The notes under the pieces are model-generated. The model was not told the origin of the DNA. It searched no databases and worked only from the letters and a program-made list of their open reading frames with translations. From Isosphaera sp. (GTDB lineage: Bacteria; Planctomycetota; Phycisphaerae; Phycisphaerales; UBA1924): a DNA stretch of 64,000 nt. The DNA is taken from NCBI GenBank assembly GCA_013822085.1, contig PNJV01000001.1, positions 27,658 to 91,657 on the forward strand, in the 5' to 3' direction. Shown here piece by piece: positions 19,885-28,973 of the stretch (within the stretch, counting starts at the first letter, position 1; every line of letters starts with the position of its first letter). A program made the position numbers and the translations under genes.

Positions 19885-21678
19885 TCACGTGGCCGCCGGC
19901 GCCTCAGCGGGGCCCGGAGCGAGGGTCTCGGCGTCGCAGACCCGGCCGCCAAGGTCCGAGAGCAGCTGGTCGCGCAGCGCCAGCATCGGCACCGTCTGGC
20001 CCGAGGCCAGGCCGACCGAGGCGTTGGATTGCAGCTGGGCCGCCAGGCGCTGGTGGGCCGTGATGACCGTCGAGTGGTTCTCTCGGCCCAGGGCCCGGGC
20101 GATCTCGGGGTAGCTGTGCGACGTGAGCCGGCGGGCCAGGTGCGCCACCAGGGCCCTGCCGACGACCACCCGCGGGGCCCGGCCCACGCCGCGGAGCTCC
20201 TCGAGCGTGACGCTCAGGGCGTGGCTGACGACGTGGAGGATCTGCTCGATGCGCACCGGGCGCGGCCCGCCCGGGGCGTGCTCGCCCCTGCCCGGACCCC
20301 CCTCGCCGGCGCGCAGGGCCGCCTGCACCACCAGGTGCCCGACGCGCAGCGGGCCCGCGCCGCCGTCCGAGGCCGCGCCGGGCCCGATCACCCGCGCCGC
20401 GGCCTCCACGCGGGCCACGATGCCCTCCAGGTCCCGCACCGACGCGCGCGGCAGGGCCAGCGGACGCGAGCCGTCCAGGCCCACGTGCGCGATCACCTCC
20501 GCCGCGGCACCCGGCTCAAAGGCCAGCCCCTTGCGCGCCGCCAGGGCTTCGAGCACGCGCCCCGAGAGCTCCGCGTCGGGCGCGCCCAGGGCCGCGACCA
20601 TCCCGCCGGTCAGCCGCGACACCAGCGCCTCGGTCAGCCCGCGCAGCCGCCGCGGGTGCTCCGGCGTGGCGATCACCACCCGGCCGCCGCGCGAGGCGAT
20701 GGCGTCGATGGTCTGCTGCAGCTCGTTCTGCGTCGCCGGCTTGCCCACCAGGCACCCCAGGTCGTCCACGCACAGCAGGTCCAGGCTCCGCACCTGGCGA
20801 CGCCACACGTCGGCGCGCCCCTTGCGCACCCCGCCGATGAACTCGTTGGCCATCGCCTCGGCCGTCAGGTACCGCGCCGAGGCCTCGGGCCGCACCGCCA
20901 GGGCCTCGACGACCATGCCGGCCAGCAGGTGCGTCTTGCCCGTGCCGCAGGTGCCGTGCACCACCGCCAGCCGCGGCGTGGCCGGGTCCTGCGGCTGATC
21001 GAGCATCCGCCGGAGCGTGGCCGCGGCGACCTTGTTGCTCTCGCCGATGACGAACTCCGACCAGCGGTGCTTTGGGCGCGAGACCAGCGGCGACACCGCG
21101 CGTGCCGGCGTCGCGTTGGCCGCTGCACCCCCCTGGGTGCGCTGCTGGGCGGGCCCGGCCCCGATCGGCGCAGCCTTGCGCGGCGCCGCCGGCTGCTCCG
21201 GCTCGGCCCCGCGGGCCTGGACGAAGGCGATCGGGCCCGCCGGCGTGCCCTCGTGGGGCTGGGCCGGGGCCTGGCTTATGCCCACGGTCCGCAGCAGCGC
21301 CGCGGGCTCCTGGATGCGGATCACCACGCGCGGGCTCTGGCCGGCCGGCCTGCCCGCGACGCGCAGCGTCTCGCCCGCGGCCTGGCTGAGCACCGGGCCG
21401 AAGTGCTTCTCGATCAGCGAGGCGATCATCCGGCTGGGCACCGCCACGCGGACCTCGTCGCCGACCAGCTCCAGGCCGGCCCCGTCGCCGAAGTAGCGGT
21501 CGAACCGCGCCGTGCCGAGCCGGTCGCGCAGGGCCACGCGCAGCTGCGCCGAGACGCCCCCGCCCGCCTGGGCCACCCCCACCGTGCCGCCGGTGGGCCC
21601 GACCGGGCGAACCCCCGCCGGGGCCCCCTGGCCCCTCGCCGTGGCGTGCACCGGCACCGCTCGCGCAGCTTGACCCAT
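19885..21678 (-). CDS. dnaA: chromosomal replication initiator protein DnaA
   Basis: ATG at 21678 (MGQAARAV) within ORF 19885..22194. Walker A GTCGTGKTHLL, DDLGCLVGKPATQNELQQTID, DNA-binding SYPEIARALGRENHSTVITAHQRL. Confidence 0.9.
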   Translation of the reverse strand: MGQAARAVPVHATARGQGAPAGVRPVGPTGGTVGVAQAGGGVSAQLRVALRDRLGTARFDRYFGDGAGLELVGDEVRVAVPSRMIASLIEKHFGPVLSQAAGETLRVAGRPAGQSPRVVIRIQEPAALLRTVGISQAPAQPHEGTPAGPIAFVQARGAEPEQPAAPRKAAPIGAGPAQQRTQGGAAANATPARAVSPLVSRPKHRWSEFVIGESNKVAAATLRRMLDQPQDPATPRLAVVHGTCGTGKTHLLAGMVVEALAVRPEASARYLTAEAMANEFIGGVRKGRADVWRRQVRSLDLLCVDDLGCLVGKPATQNELQQTIDAIASRGGRVVIATPEHPRRLRGLTEALVSRLTGGMVAALGAPDAELSGRVLEALAARKGLAFEPGAAAEVIAHVGLDGSRPLALPRASVRDLEGIVARVEAAARVIGPGAASDGGAGPLRVGHLVVQAALRAGEGGPGRGEHAPGGPRPVRIEQILHVVSHALSVTLEELRGVGRAPRVVVGRALVAHLARRLTSHSYPEIARALGRENHSTVITAHQRLAAQLQSNASVGLASGQTVPMLALRDQLLSDLGGRVCDAETLAPGPAEAPAAT

Positions 21679-21893
21679 GGCCGCTGACTCCTCGTCGCAC
21701 ACGCCGGCGCCGACCGCCCGCCCGTGGCAACGCCACCGGGCCGGGGCCGAGCACGCCGGCTCATCACGGGCTGAGGGGATCGAATCCTTCGCGTCGCTGA
21801 GGCTGGCCCGCAAGTGGCCCGCCTCAGCTGCGCCGCGTCGTGCAGCGTGAGGAGGAACATAGACGCCAAAGAGCCCCACGCAAGCCCCGGGCG

Positions 21894-22014
21894 CTATCCA
21901 CAACGCCCCGGCGCTGCGTAAATCCCGGCAATTCCACACCAAGCACGCCAAGAAATATTTCATCCACCGTCGCCGACCCGGCGGTGGCCGACACGTGCAG
22001 AAGTTTGTGGATGA
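21894..22014. promoter_or_regulatory. cluster of DnaA-box-like 9-mers upstream of dnaA
   Basis: CTATCCACA at 21894-21902 (8/9 to TTATCCACA), TCATCCACC at 21960-21968 (7/9), TGTGGATGA at 22006-22014 (reverse of TCATCCACA, 8/9). The AT-rich patch aagaaatatttcat at 21950-21963 lies between them. Confidence 0.5.
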
Positions 22015-22075
22015 ATCGGGCGCGTCGGGCAGAGGGACGCGCGCCGGCCGTCGCACGCGGTGCGCGCAGCCCCGC

Positions 22076-23785
22076 TTAGCGGTCGCCCCGGAGCGCGAGC
22101 AGCCGCGAGAGCGCGGCGCTGTCCTGCCCGCTGGCCCTGAGGAGCACCCAGGCGGCCTGGATGCGCTCGGGCATCTCCAGCCCGCCCTCGCCAAGGGCGG
22201 CGCGGGCCAGCGCGCCCATGTCGGCCTCGGTCATCGCCTGCGGCTCGGCCCCGCGCGCCGCCCAGAGCGTCACCCACGACCGGGTCGCCGCGTCGGGCCA
22301 GGTGCGCGCCGCCTCCAGGAGCTCGGCGCCGGTGCCGATCGTCGGCCGCTCCCGCCGCACCGACCGCACCGCCCCCAGCAGGGCCTGGCGGGCCCGATCG
22401 GTCTGCCCGCTCTGGTGCAAGGCCCTCACCCGCGCGATGAACCCCTCCGGATCCGCCCCGGCAAGCTCCCCCGCTGAGGCAGCGACGATCGACCACAGCT
22501 CGGCGCCGGGATCAACCGGGATCGCCGCGCGCACCGCCGCGGCCACGCCCGCCCGCGAGACCGGCCCCAGCTCGTCGGCCCGGGCCAGGAGCCACTCCAC
22601 GCCGGGGGGGTGCCGCAGCGCGATCAGCTGCGCCGCGGTCTGGCCCAGCCGGTTGCCCAGGGCGCCGTCGTCGCGCCCGGTCCCGGGGCCGGTGCTGGGA
22701 TCGGCCTTGGGGCCGGCGGCCCAGCGCTGGGCCAGCTCGATCAGCCCGCGGTTGACCGGGTCCGGCTCGTCGGCCCACGACTCGGCCACGACCTGGGGCA
22801 GGCCCGAGCCGGGCTGGCCGAGTGTGCCCAGCACCAGCAGGCTCAGGGCGGTGCGCCGGGCCGGGTCCTGGGCCGAGTGCCAGGCCCCGCGCCAGGCGGC
22901 CCGGGCCTCGGGCGTGCCCAGCCCGAGCAAGAGCCCGGCGCGCAGCACCGCGTCGGGCGCGATCCCGTCCGGGCTGAGCGATCGGTCGAAGACCACGCCC
23001 AGCAGGGCGGGCAGGCGCGACGAGCCCAGGGCCGTCAGGGCGCGGGCCCGCTCGGGCTCGGGCAGGGCGGCCAGCTCCTTGACGCGGCGCGCAAGGACGC
23101 GGCGCGCCACCTCGCCCAGCTCGTCCTGTCGCTCGGCGCGCAGGCCGGCGGCGAGCAGGCCCGTCACCGGGCTGGGCGCGTCCATCCAGGCGCGCACCAG
23201 CGTGTCGTCGATCGGCGTCCGCTCGCTGTTGCCGCCGGCCAGGCGCTCGTGCCACACCGCCAGGCGGGCGGCGGTCTCGGGGCTCAGGCCCTCGCGCGAG
23301 ACCAGGTCGAGCGTCTGCTCGGGCTCGAGGAGCCCCTCGGCCAGCGCCCTGGCGATCAGCACGCCGCGGACCGGCTCGGGCTCGATCCGCCGGGCCAGGA
23401 GCAGGTCGATCGGCCGCCCGGAGGCGTCGGCCGCTGCCAGGATCGCCTCGGTCATCACCAGCGGGTCGCCCGAGATGGCCAGCTGCGTGAGCAACGGCTC
23501 CAGGCCGGGGTCGGCCAGCCGACGCAGGGCCCGCACCGCGGCCACGCGGCGGGCCGGCTCGGAGGCGGTCAGCTCCCCCGCGATCACCCCGATCACGTCC
23601 CCCACGCGCACGCCCGTCCACGTCGGCACCGGGCCGGGCGGGGCGTAGCGCCCCAGGGCGCCGCCGGGCACGGCTGGCACGGCTGGCGGGGGTGGCGGCT
23701 CGGCCTGCGCCCCTGCGCGGGCGCGGCCAACGCCACAGCTCGCCGTGCTCAGCACGATGACCGCGATGAGCGCGCTTTGCCTCAT
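22076..23785 (-). CDS. hypothetical secreted alpha-helical repeat protein
   Basis: ATG at 23785 gives MRQSALIAVIVLSTASCG (signal or lipoprotein-like). The rest is Ala/Leu/Arg-rich and helix-like, with no motif I recognise. Coding status rests on ORF length and strand context. Confidence 0.5.
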   Translation of the reverse strand: MRQSALIAVIVLSTASCGVGRARAGAQAEPPPPPAVPAVPGGALGRYAPPGPVPTWTGVRVGDVIGVIAGELTASEPARRVAAVRALRRLADPGLEPLLTQLAISGDPLVMTEAILAAADASGRPIDLLLARRIEPEPVRGVLIARALAEGLLEPEQTLDLVSREGLSPETAARLAVWHERLAGGNSERTPIDDTLVRAWMDAPSPVTGLLAAGLRAERQDELGEVARRVLARRVKELAALPEPERARALTALGSSRLPALLGVVFDRSLSPDGIAPDAVLRAGLLLGLGTPEARAAWRGAWHSAQDPARRTALSLLVLGTLGQPGSGLPQVVAESWADEPDPVNRGLIELAQRWAAGPKADPSTGPGTGRDDGALGNRLGQTAAQLIALRHPPGVEWLLARADELGPVSRAGVAAAVRAAIPVDPGAELWSIVAASAGELAGADPEGFIARVRALHQSGQTDRARQALLGAVRSVRRERPTIGTGAELLEAARTWPDAATRSWVTLWAARGAEPQAMTEADMGALARAALGEGGLEMPERIQAAWVLLRASGQDSAALSRLLALRGDR

Positions 23786-23881
23786 GCTCTTGGCGCCGTG
23801 GGCTTCATTGAAGACCATACGCCCGGCACGCGGGGCCGATGCACCCAAAGATGAGCCAACCACAGCCGACACGCGAGCGTC

Positions 23882-25060
23882 TCAGCGCTGCCCGAGGTTC
23901 TCACGCTGGAGCATCAGTTCGAGCGTCTGGGCCGTGAATTCCTGCTCGCGCTGCGTGATCGTGTTGAAGAACGGCAGGGCGATGGTGCGCGAGGAGACCG
24001 ACTCGGCGATGGGGAAATCACCGGGCGCGTAGCCCAGGGCGCGATAAAACGGGAGCGTGTGGATGCACGGGAAATAGGTCGCGCAGCCGACGTCATGCCT
24101 GCGCAGGCCGTCGATGACCCGGTCGCGCTCCTGCTGGGTGTAGGCCGTGGCCAGCCGCACGACAAAGACGAACCACGACATGCCCACCTCGGGATCGATC
24201 GTGGGCAGGACCACGTCGGCGTGGCCGGCCAGCAGCTGCACGTAGCGGTCGGCCACGGCCCTGCGCTTGGCGATGATCTCGTCGAGGCGGCGCATCTGGG
24301 CCACGCCCAGGGCCGCGTGCAGCTCGGAGAGGCGGTAGTTGTACCCGAGCCGCTCGTGGCTGAGCCAGGTGCCCAGGGCGGCTGCGGCGCCGGAGCCCGG
24401 CGGGGGCGTCCCCGGCGTGGGCCGCCCCTGGGACCTGAGGGACCGGCAGGTGTCGGCCAGGCGTTTGTCGTCGGTGACGATCACGCCGCCCTCGCCGGTG
24501 GTGATCTGCTTGTTGGGGTAGAACGCAAAGACCCCGGCACGGCCAAACGAGCCGCACGGGCGGCCCTTGAGGGTGGTGCCCAGGGCCTCGCAGCAGTCCT
24601 CGATGAGGGGGATCTCGTGGCGGGAGGCGATCTGCTCGTAGGCGTCCATGTGGGCGGGGTTGCCCAGGGCCTCGACGGCCAGGACGGCCTTGGTGCGCGG
24701 GGTGATGGCCCGCTCGACCAGCGCCGGGTCCATGTTCAGCGTGCGCGGGCAGATGTCCACAAAGACCGGGCGCGCCCCAGCCATCAGGATCACGTTGGCC
24801 GAAGCGACGAACGAGAAGGGCGTGGTGATGACCTCGTCGCCAGGCCCCACGCCCAGGGCCAGCAGGGCCATGTGCAGGCCGGAGGTGCCCGAGGAGCACG
24901 CCACGCCGTGGAGCCGGCCGGCCCGCGCGGCGCACAGGGCCTCGAACTGCTCCTGGGCCGGGCCGATCGACAGCCGCCCGCTGCGCAGGACCGTTGCAAC
25001 GGCCTGCACCTCAAGGTCGGTGATGTCGGGCTTGGAGAGCGGGATCTCGCTTGTGCTCAT
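23882..25060 (-). CDS. DegT/DnrJ/EryC1/StrS family sugar aminotransferase (PLP-dependent)
   Basis: ATG at 25060 (MSTSEIPLSKPDIT). SSGTSGLHMALLALG, FAFYPNKQITTGEGG (PLP lysine region). Confidence 0.85.
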   Translation of the reverse strand: MSTSEIPLSKPDITDLEVQAVATVLRSGRLSIGPAQEQFEALCAARAGRLHGVACSSGTSGLHMALLALGVGPGDEVITTPFSFVASANVILMAGARPVFVDICPRTLNMDPALVERAITPRTKAVLAVEALGNPAHMDAYEQIASRHEIPLIEDCCEALGTTLKGRPCGSFGRAGVFAFYPNKQITTGEGGVIVTDDKRLADTCRSLRSQGRPTPGTPPPGSGAAAALGTWLSHERLGYNYRLSELHAALGVAQMRRLDEIIAKRRAVADRYVQLLAGHADVVLPTIDPEVGMSWFVFVVRLATAYTQQERDRVIDGLRRHDVGCATYFPCIHTLPFYRALGYAPGDFPIAESVSSRTIALPFFNTITQREQEFTAQTLELMLQRENLGQR

Positions 25061-25135
25061 GGGGACATGCATCGGCCGATCGGCGCGCGGCGCTGCGAGT
25101 TTGGCCCGAGGCTTGCGCACGGGGCCCCGGCGTGC

Positions 25136-26134
25136 TCAGTGGCCCCCGCGCAGTGGCAGCACCATCGCCGTGCGCGAGGCGAACTCGTAGAAGCCCGCGC
25201 CCCGGTACAGACGCATCGCCGGGGTGTTGGACGTGTCCACGGCGCAGGCGATGGTCCGCTCGGGCCGGCCCCCCAGCAGCGTCAGGGCCATCCAGACCAG
25301 CGCCCGGCCCAGACCCCGGCCGCGCAGCGCCGGCGACAGCCCCAGGTACACAAGCTCCATGGTCCGGTGCTGCGGGATCGACGAGAGCAGCAGGCACCCC
25401 TCCGGCTCGCTGTGCAGGCTCACAAGGTGCCACAGCGAGGGGTCGTGCTGACCCACCGCTGTGTGCGAGGCCAGGGCCTCCTCCGGCGAGCGCATCGCGC
25501 ACAGGGCCGGGCAGTCCAGGGTGTCGGTGTAGCTCCGCTGGAGCGCGGCCAGCAGCAGCCGACGGCCCTGGGCCGCGGGCATCTCCGAGAGCGGCTCGAC
25601 CCGCACGCCCTCGGGCCACGCCGGCGTGTCCGCCTGCGCGCCGCGGCGCTTGGGCAGCTCCCGCTTCATGTACGCCAGCTCGGCCAGGCGTGTGAACCCA
25701 GCCCCGGCGTACGCCGCCTCGACGTCCAGCGCCGCGGGCTCGAAGAGCGCCTGGGCCACGCGCCCCGCGGGCACGCGCGCTCGGAAATCGGCGATCGCCG
25801 CCCGGATCAGCCCGGCGCGGGCCGACGGGTCGCCGTCGGAGGCGGGGCCTTCGCCCGTCGCGGGGGACAGATAGCACATCGCGGCGCCCCCCGCTGAGGG
25901 GACGATGAGCAGCACCTGCGACCACCCGCCGGCGGGGCCAGGAAGCCCCCAGAAGTGCTCAAGCTCGGTGCCGTCGCGCGTGAGCTGATCCAAAAACACC
26001 TCAGCCGAGCCCGCGGCTGCGTCCGGCCCGAGCAGCCGACGGACCGCTCCGAGACGCTGCCCAGAACCGATCCGTCTGGGGGACGAACCGTCATTCATGG
26101 GGCCGCTGGGGCGCGATGGGGAGATGGTCGTCAT
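25136..26134 (-). CDS. GNAT family N-acetyltransferase (two-lobed)
   Basis: C-terminal GNAT core LVYLGLSPALRGRGLGRALV...MRLYRGAGF (acetyl-CoA binding RGxGxG type). The N-terminal half looks like a degenerate second GNAT lobe. Confidence 0.65.
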   Translation of the reverse strand: MTTISPSRPSGPMNDGSSPRRIGSGQRLGAVRRLLGPDAAAGSAEVFLDQLTRDGTELEHFWGLPGPAGGWSQVLLIVPSAGGAAMCYLSPATGEGPASDGDPSARAGLIRAAIADFRARVPAGRVAQALFEPAALDVEAAYAGAGFTRLAELAYMKRELPKRRGAQADTPAWPEGVRVEPLSEMPAAQGRRLLLAALQRSYTDTLDCPALCAMRSPEEALASHTAVGQHDPSLWHLVSLHSEPEGCLLLSSIPQHRTMELVYLGLSPALRGRGLGRALVWMALTLLGGRPERTIACAVDTSNTPAMRLYRGAGFYEFASRTAMVLPLRGGH

Positions 26135-26300
26135 GGGTTCGGGCGATCTTCTGGGCGTGGCCAGCGCGCCCGGGCCGAGCTGGCGTGCCGAGGGAGTCAG
26201 CGGGTAGACTAGGGCCCGCGGATGATCTTCGGCCCTGTTCGGCTGGCTCCACGCGCGCGGGCATCAAAGCCGGCCGGTCCGGGGAACGCTCCGCGACCGA

Positions 26301-26336
26301 CTTGGTATTGTTTTCGCTCTTGGTATTGTTTTCGCT
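26301..26336 (+). repeat. perfect 18-bp tandem duplication (cttggtattgttttcgct x2)
   Basis: Copies at 26301-26318 and 26319-26336, in the AT-richest part of the divergent spacer. Each unit reads TTGG-N10-GCT (GG-N10-GC geometry). Confidence 0.9.
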
Positions 26337-26370
26337 CGTTGTGCCGATACCCAGACCCGTTCGCGACCTG

Positions 26371-26440
26371 CCCGCCCCATCCCCCACCCACCCCCACCCA
26401 CCCCCGACACCCCACACTTCGCCCCCCCGCCCCACCGCGC
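26371..26440. repeat. C-run low-complexity tract upstream of the lipoprotein gene
   Basis: cccgccccatcccccacccacccccacccacccccgacaccccacacttcgcccccccgccccacc on the plus (coding) strand, 35-100 nt before the GTG start. Confidence 0.85.
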
Positions 26441-26473
26441 AGGCCCGCAGCGCAGCAACCCACGGAGTGACGC

Positions 26474-27154
26474 GTGCCCCGACTCAATGACCGCAACAAC
26501 TCGGCCCGCTGGCCGATGGCGACGCTCGCTCTGACGCTGGCGGCGTGCCTGGCCCCCGCAGCGGGCATGGGCCGACGCGACGCCGCGGCCCTCGCCCCCG
26601 AGCCGGCGGCTGTGCCCCAGCGGTGGCTCCTAGACGTGACCTTCGGCCCGCTGCGCGTGGCGCAGCTCGACGACGGCACCGGCCGGAACCGGGCGTTCTA
26701 CTACTTCACCTACAAGGCCGTCAACAACACCGGCCAGGACGTGCTCTTTGCCCCCTCGTTCGAGCTGTCGACCGGCGCGGGCCAGGTCGTGCGCTCCGGG
26801 CGTGGCATCCCGTCGCAGGTCACCCAGCAGATCATCGAGCGCCTTGACAACCCCTTCCTGGAGGACCAGATCCAGGTCATCGGGCAGCTCCGCCAGGGGC
26901 AGGAGAACGCCAAGGAGGGCGTCGTCGTCTTCGAGGCCCCCACCCTCCAGCCCGAGGGCCTGACGGTCTACGCCGCCGGCTTTAGCGGCGAGTTTGTCAC
27001 CCTGGCGCTGCCGACCTCGACCGGCCTGGACATCGACGGCGGCCGGGCCACGCTCCGGCGGACGCGCCAGCTGGTGTTCGCGGCCGTCGGCGACCTATCC
27101 AACCGCGGCGACCAGCCGATCGAGGTCGTCGAGCAGGTCTGGATCATGCGCTAA
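26474..27154 (+). CDS. hypothetical lipoprotein
   Basis: GTG at 26474 with GGAG 6 nt upstream. The signal has a basic n-region, then MATLALTLAAC (lipobox LAAC). The mature part (FYYFTYKAVNNTGQDVLF...) looks beta-rich and I recognise no specific family. Confidence 0.6.
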   Translation: MPRLNDRNNSARWPMATLALTLAACLAPAAGMGRRDAAALAPEPAAVPQRWLLDVTFGPLRVAQLDDGTGRNRAFYYFTYKAVNNTGQDVLFAPSFELSTGAGQVVRSGRGIPSQVTQQIIERLDNPFLEDQIQVIGQLRQGQENAKEGVVVFEAPTLQPEGLTVYAAGFSGEFVTLALPTSTGLDIDGGRATLRRTRQLVFAAVGDLSNRGDQPIEVVEQVWIMR

Positions 27155-27253
27155 CGCCCCGGCCCTTGGCCCGGCCCCGGAGCGCCGGCTATCATCCCGG
27201 CCCGGCTGCCGGGACGGTCGGTCGTTGACACGCAGCCCCAAGGACTCTCTGCT

Positions 27254-27544
27254 ATGGCGCACAAGAAAGGTCAGGGCTCGACCAAGAACGGTCGGGACAG
27301 CAACCCCAAGTATCGCGGCGTGAAGCTCTACGCGGGCGAGATCGCCGGCATCGGGTCCGTCATCGTCCGCCAGGTGGGCACGCCCATCCAGCCCGGCTTC
27401 ATGGTCAAGCGTGGCAAGGACGACACCCTCTACGCCGTCACCGAGGGCCGCGTGATCTTCAGCGGTCGCAAGGTGCACGTCGACCCGCTGGACCCGGCCC
27501 AGCCGCGGCCGTTCTGGCTCAAGAGCCTGGTCAACTCCAACTAA
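27254..27544 (+). CDS. rpmA: 50S ribosomal protein L27
   Basis: [29 protein letters not shown]...IVRQVGT is the canonical L27 N-terminus. AAGGA lies upstream. No rplU (L21) precedes it. Confidence 0.9.
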   Translation: MAHKKGQGSTKNGRDSNPKYRGVKLYAGEIAGIGSVIVRQVGTPIQPGFMVKRGKDDTLYAVTEGRVIFSGRKVHVDPLDPAQPRPFWLKSLVNSN

Positions 27545-27842
27545 CCCTCGGCCGGCAGCCCCCAAGCCCCCCCTTTGCGGGGCCCACACGCCACGGGCGG
27601 CGGGCCTGGCGGGTTCCTCCGGTGTTGCGACCCGGCCCTGCGCTGCGGATTTCTGACGCGCGGTGGATCGGGCCGGGCTCAAGAACGAATGCACAAGCGG
27701 CCTGTCCCGCTGCGTGAGCGGTCAGGACTTGCCAGAAAAATCACTCCCCGGCCCGCCGCAACGGCCCGCCGGGTGCAATCATCGCTGGCCCACGCCGCCC
27801 GCCGGGCGCGGGGGCGCGGGCGCTAGAACCTGGAGCAAGACC

Positions 27843-28577
27843 ATGAGCCGTGTGAGCCAGAGCGCGTGGGCGATCGTGATCGGGTCGGCGATGATCGCCG
27901 GCGGGAACGTGGCTGCGCGGGCCCTTGACAACCGCCCCTCGCCGCCCGTGGTGGCAGCTGTGCCGGCCCAGCCGCCGGTGGTGGTTGCGCCCGTCGAGAT
28001 CGCGCCGCAGGCCGCCCCCGCCGCCCCCGCTGCTGCATCTGTCCCAGCAGCGCCCGCGGCGGTCGCCACGGCTCAGGTGCCCTTTGCGATCTGCGACATC
28101 AACAAGGTGGCCGAGAAGCTCCTGGCCGGGCCGCGCTACCAGCAGCGGATCACGGCCAAGCAGCAGGAGATCCAGGCGCAGCTCAAGCCGCTGGAGGACC
28201 GCATGAACACCGCGCGCGAGAAGCTCCAGGCCTTCACCAACCCCGCCGAGCTGCCCCCCGAGGCCCAGGCGATCCTGGCCGACGGTCAGCAGGCCCAGCA
28301 GGAATATCAGCCGCTCTTCGGGCGGCTCCAGGCCGAGGCCGAGCAGTTCCTGGCCGGGATCAACTACGAGGCGCACCGCGAGGTGAACGCGTCGATCGAC
28401 GCCATCGCCGCCCAGCGCGGCTTCATGTACGTCTTCGCCTCGCGCAGCATCGATGGCGAGCAGCCCCCCACCGCCATCACGGCCTTCGTGCAGCGCGCCC
28501 TGGCTCGGCCCGTGCTCACGTTCCCCAAGCAGGCCGACATCACCGCCGACGTGCTGGCCGATCTGAAGCTCGAGTGA
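27843..28577 (+). CDS. OmpH/Skp-like periplasmic chaperone
   Basis: ATG at 27843 with GGAGCA upstream. Signal anchor AWAIVIGSAMIAGG, Pro/Ala linker, then coiled region DINKVAEKLL...QQEIQAQLKPLEDRMNTAREKLQ typical of Skp-like proteins. Confidence 0.55.
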   Translation: MSRVSQSAWAIVIGSAMIAGGNVAARALDNRPSPPVVAAVPAQPPVVVAPVEIAPQAAPAAPAAASVPAAPAAVATAQVPFAICDINKVAEKLLAGPRYQQRITAKQQEIQAQLKPLEDRMNTAREKLQAFTNPAELPPEAQAILADGQQAQQEYQPLFGRLQAEAEQFLAGINYEAHREVNASIDAIAAQRGFMYVFASRSIDGEQPPTAITAFVQRALARPVLTFPKQADITADVLADLKLE

Positions 28578-28586
28578 GCCCGGCTC

Positions 28587-28618
28587 CCGAGCGTGGACGC
28601 CGCCGAGCGTGGACGCCG
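28587..28618. repeat. perfect 16-bp tandem duplication (ccgagcgtggacgccg x2)
   Basis: Copies at 28587-28602 and 28603-28618, starting 10 nt after the Skp-like stop codon. Confidence 0.9.
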
Positions 28619-28623
28619 CGGGC

Positions 28624-28652
28624 CCGAGCACAGCCCGGCTGGCTGTGCTCGG
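28624..28652. terminator. 12-bp GC-rich hairpin between convergent genes (possible bidirectional terminator)
   Basis: ccgagcacagcc-cggct-ggctgtgctcgg is a perfect 12-bp stem with a 5-nt loop. Only a weak T-run (gtttta, 28668-28673) follows on the plus strand. Confidence 0.4.
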
Positions 28653-28670
28653 CGGGGCTCGCGGCTCGTT

Positions 28671-28973
28671 TTAGCAGTGCGCAGCCTGCCCGGCCTGGGC
28701 CAGGCGGTGGGCCAGCAGCTCGCCGGCATCGGCCACGGCCCTGCGGATGTCCAGCCGCACCGCCTCGACGCGCACGCTCAGGCCGTCCTGCTGGGCGCGG
28801 AGCCGGCACTGGGCCCAGAGGCGGCCGTGGGCGTCGGGCACGTCCTCGATCCGGGCTGTGACGCTCTGGGCGTGCACGCCCAGGCGGTCGGCTGCTGCCC
28901 CGATGGCGACGAGTGTCTGGTCGATCAACTCTTGCGACTGACGCACGGTCCTGAGTTCAACGGTGATCCGCAT
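28671..28973 (-). CDS. small protein, possibly ribosome hibernation factor HPF/RaiA-like
   Basis: 100 aa. The pattern MRITVELRTVRQSQELIDQTLVAIGAAADRLG...LSVRVEAVRLDIRRAVADAGELLAHRL fits the beta-alpha-beta-beta-beta-alpha layout of short HPF. Assigned from memory only. Confidence 0.35.
   Translation of the reverse strand: MRITVELRTVRQSQELIDQTLVAIGAAADRLGVHAQSVTARIEDVPDAHGRLWAQCRLRAQQDGLSVRVEAVRLDIRRAVADAGELLAHRLAQAGQAAHC

Noticed and set aside
26301-26336. Tandem repeats (here and at 14666, 28587, 35099, 63839) as possible CRISPR arrays or minisatellites.
   Set aside because: There are only two copies each, with no spacers, no cas genes and different units at each site.
26343-26350. GCCGATAC just after the 18-bp repeats as a sigma-28 (FliA) -10 element (GCCGATAA).
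   Set aside because: No TAAA-type -35 at the required distance, and the downstream gene is a lipoprotein of unknown function.
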